This document shows positions 39,947-50,153 of a stretch of 64,000 bases of DNA, in pieces. The notes beneath the pieces are model-generated. The model searched no databases. It worked only from the letters and a program-made list of their open reading frames with translations, and was not told where the DNA came from. The DNA is from Bacteroidia bacterium (lineage in GTDB: Bacteria; Bacteroidota; Bacteroidia; NS11-12g; UBA9320): NCBI GenBank assembly GCA_018402155.1, contig JAGYJG010000001.1:506198-570197 (forward strand). Direction: 5' to 3'. Each line of letters begins with the position of its first letter. Position 1 is the stretch's first letter. A program made the translations under genes and the position numbers.

Positions 39947-40660
39947 TTACCTGCCTCCGTACATCATCTTTTCTAACTCCATGAGGACGTATCGTGGCAT
40001 TTCAAATTGTTCATATTCTTGTATGCTCTCCTTTAGGTACTTTACGGCCGTATTTACATCTTGATTTCGCTCCAAAGCGTTGTTGCCTATCAAAAATAGT
40101 GTGGCAGCTTTGATAGGGACTAATTGCTGTCTTCCTGATACAGGTCCCGGCATTGGAACTACAGTAGACGCAATCAAACTATCTGAATTCGCTTGATTTA
40201 GTATGTCAGTACTCAAACTATCAAATATTATTTGGTTTCCATTCTCATATTGTATTACCAATTTTTGGTATAAATATTTGTAATCTTTGGTTTCTTGCAA
40301 AAGGCTTTCAATAAAGTTTTGTGCTTTTTCTGTTTCCCCAGTTTGCTGGTATGCTATTGCCATATTCTCTCTCAGCTTGGTGCTAGCTTTACCAGCGTTA
40401 TACACTGCTTCAGCGTATCGTATCCCCGCATCAAAATTCCCATTTCGCATATAGATTCGCGACAGAGAATCCATATAATCTGTATTTGTAGTGTCTAGCA
40501 ATAAAATTTGATTTAAGGCCAATTGACTAGTAGTTGCATCTTTATTTTGTAAAGCTTGCTTATAAAGCGAAACAGCGTCATTTAATCGTTTATCATTTGA
40601 TGTACAAGCCCCTAAAAAGAGTATTAAAATGAGAGCAGTTAATTTATTAAATATTTTCAT
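39947..40660 (-). CDS. tetratricopeptide-repeat lipoprotein
   Basis: ORF to 40696. The likely start is the ATG at ~40660 (MKIFNKLTALILILFLGAC, a lipobox). TPR-like helical repeats. Confidence 0.5.
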   Translation of the reverse strand: MKIFNKLTALILILFLGACTSNDKRLNDAVSLYKQALQNKDATTSQLALNQILLLDTTNTDYMDSLSRIYMRNGNFDAGIRYAEAVYNAGKASTKLRENMAIAYQQTGETEKAQNFIESLLQETKDYKYLYQKLVIQYENGNQIIFDSLSTDILNQANSDSLIASTVVPMPGPVSGRQQLVPIKAATLFLIGNNALERNQDVNTAVKYLKESIQEYEQFEMPRYVLMELEKMMYGGR

Positions 40661-41299
40661 TATGATGTGATAATTTTTCTCAAAAAGTATTTGCAAAGAA
40701 AACTAAAATTGTCACTTGCGGCAAATGAACCTTTGCCAAATGTAGTAAAGTCATACTTTATCTTGTATAATTTAAACTCATTATCGCAAAGCAATGGAAT
40801 AATTTGGAGGTAGTTGCCGATTAGAATCAGTTCTGTTTGCTAAGTAGTCTAAAGTTTCAAGTCATGATTTCTTTGCTGGTCCAAACACAATATATGTGAT
40901 ATATAATTGTTTTGTTTTTGGACAAATAAACGGAATAAATTCTTCATTATGTCAGTAACATTGTAAGTGTAACACCCCACCAAAGGGTAGTAATTTTGTT
41001 TTTCAGGAAACTAAAATATTGAAGTTTTTTGCTTCCTGACTTGTGAATATTTATCTTATCTCACTCAATTCATTATCAAATAGCGTAACACCTCAAAATA
41101 TAATGCAGAATTGTATTAAAAATACTGTAAAGTAATAATTGGAATAAAAGATTAATCTTTACTTACAGCATTCTTTCTTGCTTCTAAAAATTTGTTATTC
41201 GGTAGTTTATGTATCTTTTTGCGTAGTAAAGCCAAAACCTCATCAAATGACTTTGGCGGCTTTATAATTATGGTAAATTTGCGCTAGAAAAATAGAATT

Positions 41300-42622
41300 A
41301 TGTTCGAGAATTTATCAGGTAGATTAGACAAAGCGTTTCAAACCTTAAAAGGACACAGTAAACTTACTGAGCTAAATATTGCAGAAACCGTAAAGGAGAT
41401 ACGAAGAGCACTAGTAGATGCAGACGTAAGTTATATAATAGCAAAGGATTTCACCAATACTGTAAAAGATAAGGCAATTGGTCAAAATGTATTAACTAGC
41501 GTTTCGCCGGGCCAATTGATGACTAAAATAGTTAACGATGAGCTTAAGGAGCTATTAGGTGGAGAAACAAAACCACTAAATTTGACAGGTAATCCTACTA
41601 TTATTCTAATAGCTGGTCTGCAAGGCTCAGGAAAAACGACATTCTCTGGCAAAATTGCTGCACATTTAAAGTCTAAGGGAAGAAGTCCGCTTTTGGTAGC
41701 TTGTGATGTTTATCGTCCTGCGGCTATAAATCAGATAAAAGTGCTTGGTGAGCAAGTAGGCGTTTCTGTTTTTGCTAATGAAGAGGATAAAAATCCGGTA
41801 AGTATTGCTCAAGATGCCATAAAGTACGCTAAAATTAATCAACACAATGTGGTCATCATTGATACTGCTGGAAGACTAAGTGTAGATGAAAAAATGATGG
41901 ACGAGATAGGAAATTTAAAGCGGGAACTCCAACCCCAAGAAATCCTTTTCGTAGTTGATTCAATGACCGGTCAAGATGCCGTGAATACAGCTAAGGCTTT
42001 TAATGATAGACTTAATTTTGATGGGGTAGTGCTAACTAAACTTGATGGAGATACCCGCGGTGGAGCGGCAATTTCCATAAAAAAGGTTGTAAACAAACCA
42101 ATCAAATTTGTCAGTACTGGAGAAAAAATGGATGCTTTAGACGTATTTCATCCAGATAGAATGGCAAATCGTATCTTGGGAATGGGTGATATCGTTTCTT
42201 TTGTGGAAAAAGCACAACAAAGCTTTGATGAAGATGAAGCGGCTGCTTTACAAAAGAAAATGCGAAAAAATCAATTTGATTTTGATGACTTTTTGAAGCA
42301 ACTCAACCAAATAAAAAAGATGGGTAATATCAAAGACCTGATGGGCATGATACCTGGTGTGGGTAAAGCTATAAAGGATGTTGATATCGACGATAACAGT
42401 TTTAAAAGTATTGAAGCTATAATTACTAGTATGACTGCTTATGAACGGCAAAACCCACAAGTGCTGGATGGGAGTCGTAAAAAACGAATTGCTGCTGGTA
42501 GTGGTACGTCTACATCTGAAGTCAATAAACTGGTAAAACAATTTGATGAAATGCGCAAAATGATGAAAAGTATGAATAACAATAAAGGGGTACGCGCTAC
42601 AAAAAACTTGTTCAAAAGGTAA
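41300..42622 (+). CDS. ffh: signal recognition particle protein
   Basis: 440 aa. NG domain GTPase motifs (GLQGSGKTT, DTAGR, TKLDG) and Met-rich M domain. Confidence 0.95.
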   Translation: MFENLSGRLDKAFQTLKGHSKLTELNIAETVKEIRRALVDADVSYIIAKDFTNTVKDKAIGQNVLTSVSPGQLMTKIVNDELKELLGGETKPLNLTGNPTIILIAGLQGSGKTTFSGKIAAHLKSKGRSPLLVACDVYRPAAINQIKVLGEQVGVSVFANEEDKNPVSIAQDAIKYAKINQHNVVIIDTAGRLSVDEKMMDEIGNLKRELQPQEILFVVDSMTGQDAVNTAKAFNDRLNFDGVVLTKLDGDTRGGAAISIKKVVNKPIKFVSTGEKMDALDVFHPDRMANRILGMGDIVSFVEKAQQSFDEDEAAALQKKMRKNQFDFDDFLKQLNQIKKMGNIKDLMGMIPGVGKAIKDVDIDDNSFKSIEAIITSMTAYERQNPQVLDGSRKKRIAAGSGTSTSEVNKLVKQFDEMRKMMKSMNNNKGVRATKNLFKR

Positions 42623-42626
42623 TGCT

Positions 42627-43259
42627 ATGAAAGATTTACGAAAGCATTATACGAGAGGTGAATTACTAGAAGAAAATGTTCCTAAATGCCCTTTTGAGCT
42701 GTTTACTATTTGGTTTGAAGAAGCTATTTCTTGCCCAGAGATAATAGAGCCCAATGCAATGGTGCTGACCACTGTAAATAATATGTCTGCCCCAGATGCG
42801 CGAATAGTTCTACTCAAAGATCTACGAGATGAGGAATTTGTTTTTTATACCAACTATCAGAGTCATAAGGGGCAGCAACTGGAGAAAAACCCCAACTGTA
42901 CTGCTTTATTGCCTTGGATAAATTTGGAGCGCCAAATTATCATTCGTGGGTCTGCTAGTAAAGTATCAGAAAATGAGTCTGAGGCGTACTTCGATTCTAG
43001 ACCTCGAAGCAGCAAAATAGGAGCGTGGGCCAGCACGCAAAGTAGGAATATAAGTAGTAGGCAGGAGCTAGAAAAACAACTCAAAGAATTTGAAATAAAG
43101 TTTGCAAATATCGAACCTTCCAAACCACCGCATTGGGGAGGTATGGCTATAGCACCACTAGAATTTGAATTTTGGCAAGGAAGACCAAATAGAATGCACG
43201 ATAGATTACTATACGAAAAATCATCTGAGGGCTGGATTTTGAGCAGGCTACAGCCTTAA
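42627..43259 (+). CDS. pdxH: pyridoxamine 5'-phosphate oxidase
   Basis: 210 aa. 'RIVLLKDLRDEEFVFYTNYQSHKG' and C-terminal 'HWGGMAIAP...EFWQGRP' PdxH motifs. Confidence 0.85.
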   Translation: MKDLRKHYTRGELLEENVPKCPFELFTIWFEEAISCPEIIEPNAMVLTTVNNMSAPDARIVLLKDLRDEEFVFYTNYQSHKGQQLEKNPNCTALLPWINLERQIIIRGSASKVSENESEAYFDSRPRSSKIGAWASTQSRNISSRQELEKQLKEFEIKFANIEPSKPPHWGGMAIAPLEFEFWQGRPNRMHDRLLYEKSSEGWILSRLQP

Positions 43260-43343
43260 TCTGTCTCATTTTTTTGTCATAGCAATGGAGTGCTGTTTGT
43301 TTCATCGTGCACAGTACTACATTTGTTATTATATTAAATCTTT

Positions 43344-44582
43344 GTGGGTTCGAAACAAGATAGCTTAAATGAAAAACTGACGTCCAAATCACCTTTGGTC
43401 TCATGGTTGTTAACACCTGCTATTTTGGGAGGTATTGCTCTTCTTGGGTTCCAAACATATAGCATTGTAACAGGTAAATCATTTGCCGATTTTGATTTTG
43501 GTATAGGCAAGCTTTGGATGAACGAAGAAGTAAGTTCTCACAAAGAAATAGACAATATTAAACCTTTCAAAGCCGCGACAGGAGAACGACAATCTTTAGC
43601 TACTAGTAATATGCAAGGTGATAATGTGGCTCTCACCGTCATCGTGCCGCGCAGTAAAAATAATAAATCTTTAGTCAAAGAAAACAACACATCAAGCACT
43701 CGATCTCCGCAAAAAATAGCTAAAATAGTATCTTTGGATATCATAGAAGCGACGAGTTTGTCTGCTAATTTTGGGACTAAACAATTACAAAAATACACCA
43801 AAAGATTGCAGCAAGAATATTTGATAAATCCGAAACTTGTTCCTGACGTTGGGCGTTGGTTTGTAGGATTTAGCTTTTCGCCAAGCGTATGTTACAGAGC
43901 CTTTAGTTACAACACTAGTGATCTGCCAGGAGTGGCTGTTGAAGGAAATACACGGTATACTTTTAGTATGCCAGAAGAGGAAAGAAATCGCACAGATAAA
44001 GCAATTACCTCTTACGCTATTGGTTTGGATTTTGGCATTCGAATATCAAAAAAAGTATCCATATTTTCGGGTGTGCATTATGCTAAGTATGGGGAGCAGA
44101 TACAGGTGAAGCAAACAGATGAGCTAAATCCCAACTACCACCTAGCGTACTTCATGGACAAAAAACCACAATACGAAAGAACTGAAAACAGCCAAGAGGC
44201 TAGCTTACCCTATACAAATAGGTATTCGTTTATAGAAGTGCCTATTGGTTTGAGTTATACACTAAAAGAGTATACAAAATCAAAAATAGCATTGCAAACT
44301 GCAATAATCCTTCAAAAACTAGACCACGTGAATGCCTTGGTTTACGACTTTGATACTGATTACTACTATTGGATGAACAGTAAAAATGAAGTATTTAGAT
44401 CACATGGTTTTGGCGGAAGTTTGGGCGTATCCTTTTCCCAATTTGTTGGAGAAAGACTAGAACTGTATGCGGCACCGCAATTTAAATATAATGTGAAGTC
44501 TACTTTTAAAGCAACTTATCCGATCAATCAAAACCAATATACAGCTGGTCTGCAGGTAGGATTTAGGCAACAACTCCTATAA
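43344..44582 (+). CDS. putative outer-membrane beta-barrel protein (OmpA-like porin family). The start codon is uncertain.
   Basis: 412 aa as called (GTG start). C-terminal ~250 aa has alternating-hydrophobic beta-strand periodicity ending ...GLQVGFRQQLL. A signal-like segment follows a possible TTG start at ~43395, and the alternative ATG is at ~43518. Confidence 0.4.
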   Translation: MGSKQDSLNEKLTSKSPLVSWLLTPAILGGIALLGFQTYSIVTGKSFADFDFGIGKLWMNEEVSSHKEIDNIKPFKAATGERQSLATSNMQGDNVALTVIVPRSKNNKSLVKENNTSSTRSPQKIAKIVSLDIIEATSLSANFGTKQLQKYTKRLQQEYLINPKLVPDVGRWFVGFSFSPSVCYRAFSYNTSDLPGVAVEGNTRYTFSMPEEERNRTDKAITSYAIGLDFGIRISKKVSIFSGVHYAKYGEQIQVKQTDELNPNYHLAYFMDKKPQYERTENSQEASLPYTNRYSFIEVPIGLSYTLKEYTKSKIALQTAIILQKLDHVNALVYDFDTDYYYWMNSKNEVFRSHGFGGSLGVSFSQFVGERLELYAAPQFKYNVKSTFKATYPINQNQYTAGLQVGFRQQLL

Positions 44583-44608
44583 TACATTTTCCCAATATTC
44601 GGTTATTT

Positions 44609-45796
44609 TTGTCCCTGATGAAACGAGTATATATAATAGCAGCAGTACGCACCCCTATGGGAAGTTTTAATGGTAAATTAAGTAGTATATCTGCGCCAAA
44701 ATTGGGCGCAGTAGCTATAAAAGGCGCATTAGAGAAAGCAAACATAAAACCTACAGATGTAGATGAGGTTTACTTCGGAAATGTTTTGCAGGCTGGCGTT
44801 GGTCAAGCTCCGGCTCGGCAAGCAGCTATTTTTGCGGGTTTACCAGATACAGTGCCTTGCACTACCATAAATAAAGTATGCGCAAGTGGAATGAAATCTG
44901 TAGCGCTAGGTGCTACCTCCATTATGCTCGGGCATAATGGTATTGTGGTTACTGGAGGAATGGAAAATATGAGCCAAGTTCCACATTATTTACCAGGTAG
45001 TCGTGAAGGACACAAATATGGAAATTTTACTGCTATTGATGGGCTAGCCCATGATGGACTCCGAGATGTATATAATGAGTATATGATGGGTAGTGCTGCA
45101 GATTTTACCGCCAAAGAACACAGCATTACCAGAGAAGAGCAAGATAGTTTTGCCATAAATTCGTATAAAACTGCTGCAGCCTCTTGGGAAGCGGGTAAAT
45201 TTAAAGAAGAAATAATACCAGTAGAAATACCCCAGCGTAAAGGAGATCCTATTATAATGGACGAAGACGAAGAGTATAAAAATGTGCGTTTTGACAAAAT
45301 ACCAGAGTTGCGGCCTGTTTTTGAAAAGGACGGCACTGTAACTGCTGCCAATGCAAGTACTATCAACGATGGTGCAGCGTGCATTATATTAGCTAGTGAA
45401 GAAAAAGTGAAAGAGCTGGGGCTTACACCAATAGCAGAAGTAGTTTCTTTTGCAGATGCTGCTCATCAGCCAGATCGATTTACTACGGCTCCTGCAAAAG
45501 CAGTTCCGATAGCTTTAGAAAGAGCTGGGTGTACCCTGGCAGATGTAGATGCTTTTGAACTAAATGAAGCTTTTTCTGTAGTTGGTATTGTAAACACACG
45601 TCTGCTAAATATTGATGCAGAAAAGGTCAATATGAATGGAGGTGCAGTTGCTTTAGGTCATCCTCTAGGAGCTTCCGGTGCTAGAATTTTAGTTACTCTT
45701 ATCCATGTTCTAAAGCAAAATGGAGGTAAAATTGGAGCTGCTGGCATATGCAACGGTGGAGGAGGGGCAAGTGCTATGGTCATAAAAAATATTTGA
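44609..45796 (+). CDS. acetyl-CoA C-acetyltransferase (thiolase II)
   Basis: 395 aa. '[12 protein letters not shown]' active-site Cys region, C-terminal '[18 protein letters not shown]' and '[14 protein letters not shown]' thiolase signatures. Confidence 0.9.
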   Translation: MSLMKRVYIIAAVRTPMGSFNGKLSSISAPKLGAVAIKGALEKANIKPTDVDEVYFGNVLQAGVGQAPARQAAIFAGLPDTVPCTTINKVCASGMKSVALGATSIMLGHNGIVVTGGMENMSQVPHYLPGSREGHKYGNFTAIDGLAHDGLRDVYNEYMMGSAADFTAKEHSITREEQDSFAINSYKTAAASWEAGKFKEEIIPVEIPQRKGDPIIMDEDEEYKNVRFDKIPELRPVFEKDGTVTAANASTINDGAACIILASEEKVKELGLTPIAEVVSFADAAHQPDRFTTAPAKAVPIALERAGCTLADVDAFELNEAFSVVGIVNTRLLNIDAEKVNMNGGAVALGHPLGASGARILVTLIHVLKQNGGKIGAAGICNGGGGASAMVIKNI

Positions 45797-45857
45797 TGAA
45801 TACATAGCATAAACACAAAGTTATATACGAAAATGAGAATAGGTGAGTTGTACTAAG

Positions 45858-46736
45858 ATGAGATACTTATCAGCGTTAGCATTTTCTTTTTTATTCCTTG
45901 TATCTTTAGGACAAAGAGTTGATGTAAAAACGGGTGATTCTACTTACATAGATTCTATACGAAACTATGAGTATCAATTGGAGGGCTTAAGTCATAATAT
46001 CATAAACGCTCAAGACCAAGTAGAACGCATCACCAGTTGCTACTACTTCATTCAAACCCTAAAAACTGCGCTTAGTATTCCAAACTCTTTTGATTATGAT
46101 TTTACTACCATCAAAACCGTATCAGTTATCCGGTCAGATGATGATAGGTTTAGATTATTTACCTGGAATTTATTGCTAGATAGTGGCGTGTATATGTATT
46201 TTGGTGCAATTCAAATGAATAATTTTGATAGTTTAGAGCTATATGGATTATACGATAGCTCAGAATACAATAAAGATTTGTACTACGGCCAATTCGATAA
46301 TCGTCATTGGATGGGTGCGTTAGTCTATCAAATGCACCACTATAAGTTCAAGAAAAAAAATTATTACCTTACTTTTGGATGGGATGGACAAGATGCTAAA
46401 ACCAATCGAAAAATTTTAGATGTACTTTGGTTTGATGAAGAAGGAAAGCCCCAGTTTGGAGAAGAAATATTCGACTTTGACGGTGATCTGCAGTCGCGAA
46501 TTATTTTTGATTTTAATGATAACGCTGCTATGCTATTGCGGTATGATAAAAACGAAGAAGCTATCGTATTTGCAAATTTGGTTCCTATCAACCCACTCAT
46601 GGTTGGTATGCACGAAAACTATGTACCCGACGGTACATACGACTATCTTAAGTTTGAAAAGGGAATTTGGAGACGCTATAAAATGATGTTTGAGAGCCGT
46701 GGTAAAAAGCATGGTGGCGATCTCAGAAAGTTTTAG
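45858..46736 (+). CDS. hypothetical secreted protein
   Basis: ORF from 45843. The signal peptide (MRYLSALAFSFLFLVSLGQ) starts at the ATG at ~45858. No recognisable domain. Confidence 0.4.
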   Translation: MRYLSALAFSFLFLVSLGQRVDVKTGDSTYIDSIRNYEYQLEGLSHNIINAQDQVERITSCYYFIQTLKTALSIPNSFDYDFTTIKTVSVIRSDDDRFRLFTWNLLLDSGVYMYFGAIQMNNFDSLELYGLYDSSEYNKDLYYGQFDNRHWMGALVYQMHHYKFKKKNYYLTFGWDGQDAKTNRKILDVLWFDEEGKPQFGEEIFDFDGDLQSRIIFDFNDNAAMLLRYDKNEEAIVFANLVPINPLMVGMHENYVPDGTYDYLKFEKGIWRRYKMMFESRGKKHGGDLRKF

Positions 46737-46748
46737 CAAAAAGTAAAT

Positions 46749-47678
46749 TTAGAAATGGAAAAAGTGAGCTTTCAGACCTTTGCCGGTATCATACTCAATA
46801 GTGGGCAGGGGTATTTTGATACAATTGGCTACAATCAGTAGTGCGCGTAAGCCTTTTCGCTTGGTTTTGACTCGAGTAAGATCTATGTCTGGTGAGAGGT
46901 AAAACTGTCGTGTTCGGTCAAATATTTGTGTGTAATCGTATTCTATACCGTCTTTTATAAAGGTGTTGTCTCTGCCACCGACCATACCGTCTGCCCCATA
47001 ACCTACTGCCAAATTCAACCAGGTTGGCCATTTGCTCTCTGGTCTTAGCCATGCACTTATACTGGTACTTAGCCAGTAGGTTTGTCCATTATAGTCCTTG
47101 AGCATACGCTCTGTCAAACTTTCACCTAGTATACTGGGTCGTACCTGAGCATACGGTGAGGCAGAGTAGGAGTATTTTAGCCAAAATCGCTGCTCGTCCC
47201 ACGCTAAACTCTGAGCTATGACTAAAGCACTACCAAAACTATTGGCTGCTACATCGCCCAAGCTAGCTCCCCATCCTGCTGAAAAACCATCAAAGATTTC
47301 TACGCCTGTCTGTATTAAAAAGCCATATGATCCACCAATAAGCGAATACTGTTTTTTGGAATAACCAGCCCATTTCATCATTTCTATACCTGCTACACCC
47401 TCGTAATAGCAGGTATATGCATGGCCTACTTTGTCCATTTGCTGCCAGTGATAATTATCATTAAAAAAATGAAATTTTTGCCAAGGATAGTCCTTGTACC
47501 ACAAGTGATAAAGTCCAATCATAGTACCTGTGTACGCTAACGTATTACTACTTACGACTATCTGTTTTCGTAGTTTGTAGTTTACGCTCAAAGTATCTTG
47601 TGCACGACTCTGCCAAAATAGGCAAACGAGACATGCAGCTGCAAGGTATTTATGCCAGTATAGTGGCCTTGGTAGCAT
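46749..47678 (-). CDS. hypothetical exported protein (DUF2279-like; Trp/Tyr/Gly-rich)
   Basis: 309 aa. N-terminal signal anchor. Overlaps the upstream phosphohexomutase gene by 29 nt. Confidence 0.4.
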   Translation of the reverse strand: MLPRPLYWHKYLAAACLVCLFWQSRAQDTLSVNYKLRKQIVVSSNTLAYTGTMIGLYHLWYKDYPWQKFHFFNDNYHWQQMDKVGHAYTCYYEGVAGIEMMKWAGYSKKQYSLIGGSYGFLIQTGVEIFDGFSAGWGASLGDVAANSFGSALVIAQSLAWDEQRFWLKYSYSASPYAQVRPSILGESLTERMLKDYNGQTYWLSTSISAWLRPESKWPTWLNLAVGYGADGMVGGRDNTFIKDGIEYDYTQIFDRTRQFYLSPDIDLTRVKTKRKGLRALLIVANCIKIPLPTIEYDTGKGLKAHFFHF

Positions 47679-49047
47679 CTAGTATGGCAATAGTGTCTGC
47701 TGCAGTAGCTGCTTGAGCATATACGCGCAGTAGAGGTTCTGTCCCACTTGGGCGTATCATTACCCAGCTGTCGTCACTTAATATAAATTTGTAGCCGTCT
47801 ATAGTTTCGGTTCCGTTTACAAGGTGGCTTCCAAAATTGTAATAATCAGCATTTTTGCATTTTTCAATAATTGCAAGTTTTTGCTCTTCTGGCACATGTA
47901 AATCATATCTGTCCATTGCAAAAGAACCAATCAAATCGTATATTTCCTGTATAAGTTCGTCTAGGCTTTTGCCAGTTTTTGCCATATACTCCCATATAAT
48001 TAATCCCATCCAAATTCCGTCTCTCTCGGGTATATGTGTGCTCACCGCTATTCCTCCGCTTTCTTCACCACCTAGCAGGCTTTCATTCTCTATCATCTCT
48101 TTGCAGATGTATTTAAAACCTATTTTTGTTACGTGATTTTTTATTCCGTAGTAGTCGCACAGGTCTTTTATTTTAGAAGTACAGCTAAAACTGTTGTATA
48201 CATTTCCTTTTTCTCCTTTAAACTCTACAAGGTACCTTATGAGTAAAAGAATAATGTGATGGGAGTCTACAAATTCTCCTTTTGCGTTAAAAAGTCCAAT
48301 TCTATCAGCATCCCCATCGGTAGCTAGTCCGCAAGCAATATCACTATTTTTTATAAGCTCTGCAAATGGTACTAAATTTCTAGCTATGGGTTCTGGAGCT
48401 TGTCCCATAAAACTTGGATTGTCTTCTGCATGGAGTAATATAGCGTCAGGAAAAAGTCTTCTCACTACATTTTGACCTGCACCATACATAGCATCGTAGC
48501 CAAGTTTTATGCCACTGTTAATTATACCGTCGATATCAAAATTTTCTCGCACATGATCTATATACTCTTGCTCCATGTCTATGTAATTTACCATATCATG
48601 CTCAGCACACTGCTCAGCCGTAAGTAGGGTGTAATCGTGGTTTTCGGGTATAAGTGCCTCTACAGCATCAATCTCATCTTGTATAGCAGGCCCCCCGTAG
48701 TGGGCTTTAATTTTGAAGCCGTTATAGCTAGGTGGGTTATGACTAGCAGTTATCACTATACCGGCATAAGCTTTATGTATTAAAGTAGATAGCGATACCA
48801 TTGGGGTAGATACAAAACCTTTTGAAGTAAGCACTTCTATCCCTTCATTTACAAAAACAGAGATACTCACACGATTAAATAGTTCTCCACCAAAGCGGCA
48901 ATCATGGCCTATTACTACCTTATGATTTTTGGTATTCTCTTTAATCCATTGTGCCGTGGCATACGCTACTCGTGCTACATTGTCAGTAGTATAATCTTGT
49001 GCTATGATGGCTCTCCACCCGTCGGTTCCAAATTTTATTTTCTTCAT
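47650..49047 (-). CDS. alpha-D-phosphohexomutase (phosphoglucomutase/phosphomannomutase)
   Basis: 465 aa. 'TASHNPPSYNGFK' phosphoserine loop, 'GDGDADR' metal-binding loop, 'GGEESGG' sugar-binding loop. Confidence 0.85.
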   Translation of the reverse strand: MKKIKFGTDGWRAIIAQDYTTDNVARVAYATAQWIKENTKNHKVVIGHDCRFGGELFNRVSISVFVNEGIEVLTSKGFVSTPMVSLSTLIHKAYAGIVITASHNPPSYNGFKIKAHYGGPAIQDEIDAVEALIPENHDYTLLTAEQCAEHDMVNYIDMEQEYIDHVRENFDIDGIINSGIKLGYDAMYGAGQNVVRRLFPDAILLHAEDNPSFMGQAPEPIARNLVPFAELIKNSDIACGLATDGDADRIGLFNAKGEFVDSHHIILLLIRYLVEFKGEKGNVYNSFSCTSKIKDLCDYYGIKNHVTKIGFKYICKEMIENESLLGGEESGGIAVSTHIPERDGIWMGLIIWEYMAKTGKSLDELIQEIYDLIGSFAMDRYDLHVPEEQKLAIIEKCKNADYYNFGSHLVNGTETIDGYKFILSDDSWVMIRPSGTEPLLRVYAQAATAADTIAILDATKATILA

Positions 49048-49052
49048 TATTA

Positions 49053-50153
49053 TTAATACGTTATTTTATTCCATGGACTGTTTATCAAGGCGTTATATAG
49101 TTTTTCTGATTTGTGTGCTGGTACTTCCTGATTATTGATAGTTTCTACTAAAAAATCGAAACGTTTTTCACTTAGGTATTCTTCTAATCCTTGCAAATTT
49201 ATTTGCACATTCATTTCGCGCAATTGGTTTATAGATAAGTGAATGGAATGTTTATCTATAAATAAATCAATACCCTCAATAGTTTGAGTAGGAATATTTT
49301 TGAATTTACCCCAGTTTTCGTACACTGTAATGTTTACCACCTGCAAAGGTTTGTTTGATATATGGGAGAAATATGCATCACCGCCTGCATTCAATATAGT
49401 CTGTTTATTGTCGTTGATGTATTGTTCTATGATTTTATAAAAGCCCTTATTTTCTTTATTAGAATTGATGTCAGGATGAAGAACTCTGTAGGTTATTCTT
49501 TTAGTATTGTCGAGAGTATAAAATTCTCTAAAAATTTTTTTATCAGATATGGCTTGATACTTTAAAGCAGCCGATAAGCGAGGGTTTCTTATAAAGTCAT
49601 TAGCACCAAATTGTACTAAATTAAAATTGAAAGTGTTGCTATGCAGAGCGTCCCAAAAGGTCAGGTTTGCCGGTCCATTAGCATTGGTAGGTATTTTTTC
49701 TGATTGTAATAGAAGTATTAGGTCGGGGCAGTGTACATAACCATAATTTATTTTTTTGCCATTTTTGTCTTGCCCAATGAAAGAAAATCCTTCTACAGAA
49801 AAGTCAAAATTTCTTTTGAATAATTGCCAGTACTCGTGCAAAAACATATCTGAAACATTCACAAAAGGTACTTTTGCATTTTTTTCTGAGATAATCAGGA
49901 GTTGAGGATCCAAAATTATACGTCTTTTACTATCTTCCCAAAGTGGTATATCACCAGTAAGTATTCTGGGGTAAATTAATTCTGCTATACCAGTTGTCAA
50001 ATTAAATCCAACACTGTCTGCCTGTGAAAGAGCATCAACATGAAGCAGTGCAGGGGTCACTTCATAATTTTTTGGTGTACCGTTTGTATTGTTAGGTGCA
50101 CAAGATGTAAGCCAAATTGCCGCTATGCTCCAAGTGTATTTAAACAAACGCAT
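49053..50153 (-). CDS. hypothetical lipoprotein
   Basis: 366 aa. Lipobox 'WLTSC'. No recognisable domain. Embedded between the glutaryl-CoA DH-like and phosphohexomutase genes with overlapping ends. Confidence 0.4.
   Translation of the reverse strand: MRLFKYTWSIAAIWLTSCAPNNTNGTPKNYEVTPALLHVDALSQADSVGFNLTTGIAELIYPRILTGDIPLWEDSKRRIILDPQLLIISEKNAKVPFVNVSDMFLHEYWQLFKRNFDFSVEGFSFIGQDKNGKKINYGYVHCPDLILLLQSEKIPTNANGPANLTFWDALHSNTFNFNLVQFGANDFIRNPRLSAALKYQAISDKKIFREFYTLDNTKRITYRVLHPDINSNKENKGFYKIIEQYINDNKQTILNAGGDAYFSHISNKPLQVVNITVYENWGKFKNIPTQTIEGIDLFIDKHSIHLSINQLREMNVQINLQGLEEYLSEKRFDFLVETINNQEVPAHKSEKLYNALINSPWNKITY

Noticed and set aside
40661-41299. SRP RNA (ffs) upstream of ffh
   Set aside because: A GUCAGGAAGCA-like string is present but the conserved domain IV core (AGGUCCGGAAGGAAGCAGC) is not. 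No support.
43344-43520. Apparent inner-membrane TM anchor at the N-terminus of an outer-membrane beta-barrel protein (an odd topology)
   Set aside because: Most likely a start-codon artefact. The call begins at a GTG. A TTG at ~43395 would make the hydrophobic stretch a signal peptide, and an ATG at ~43518 is another option.
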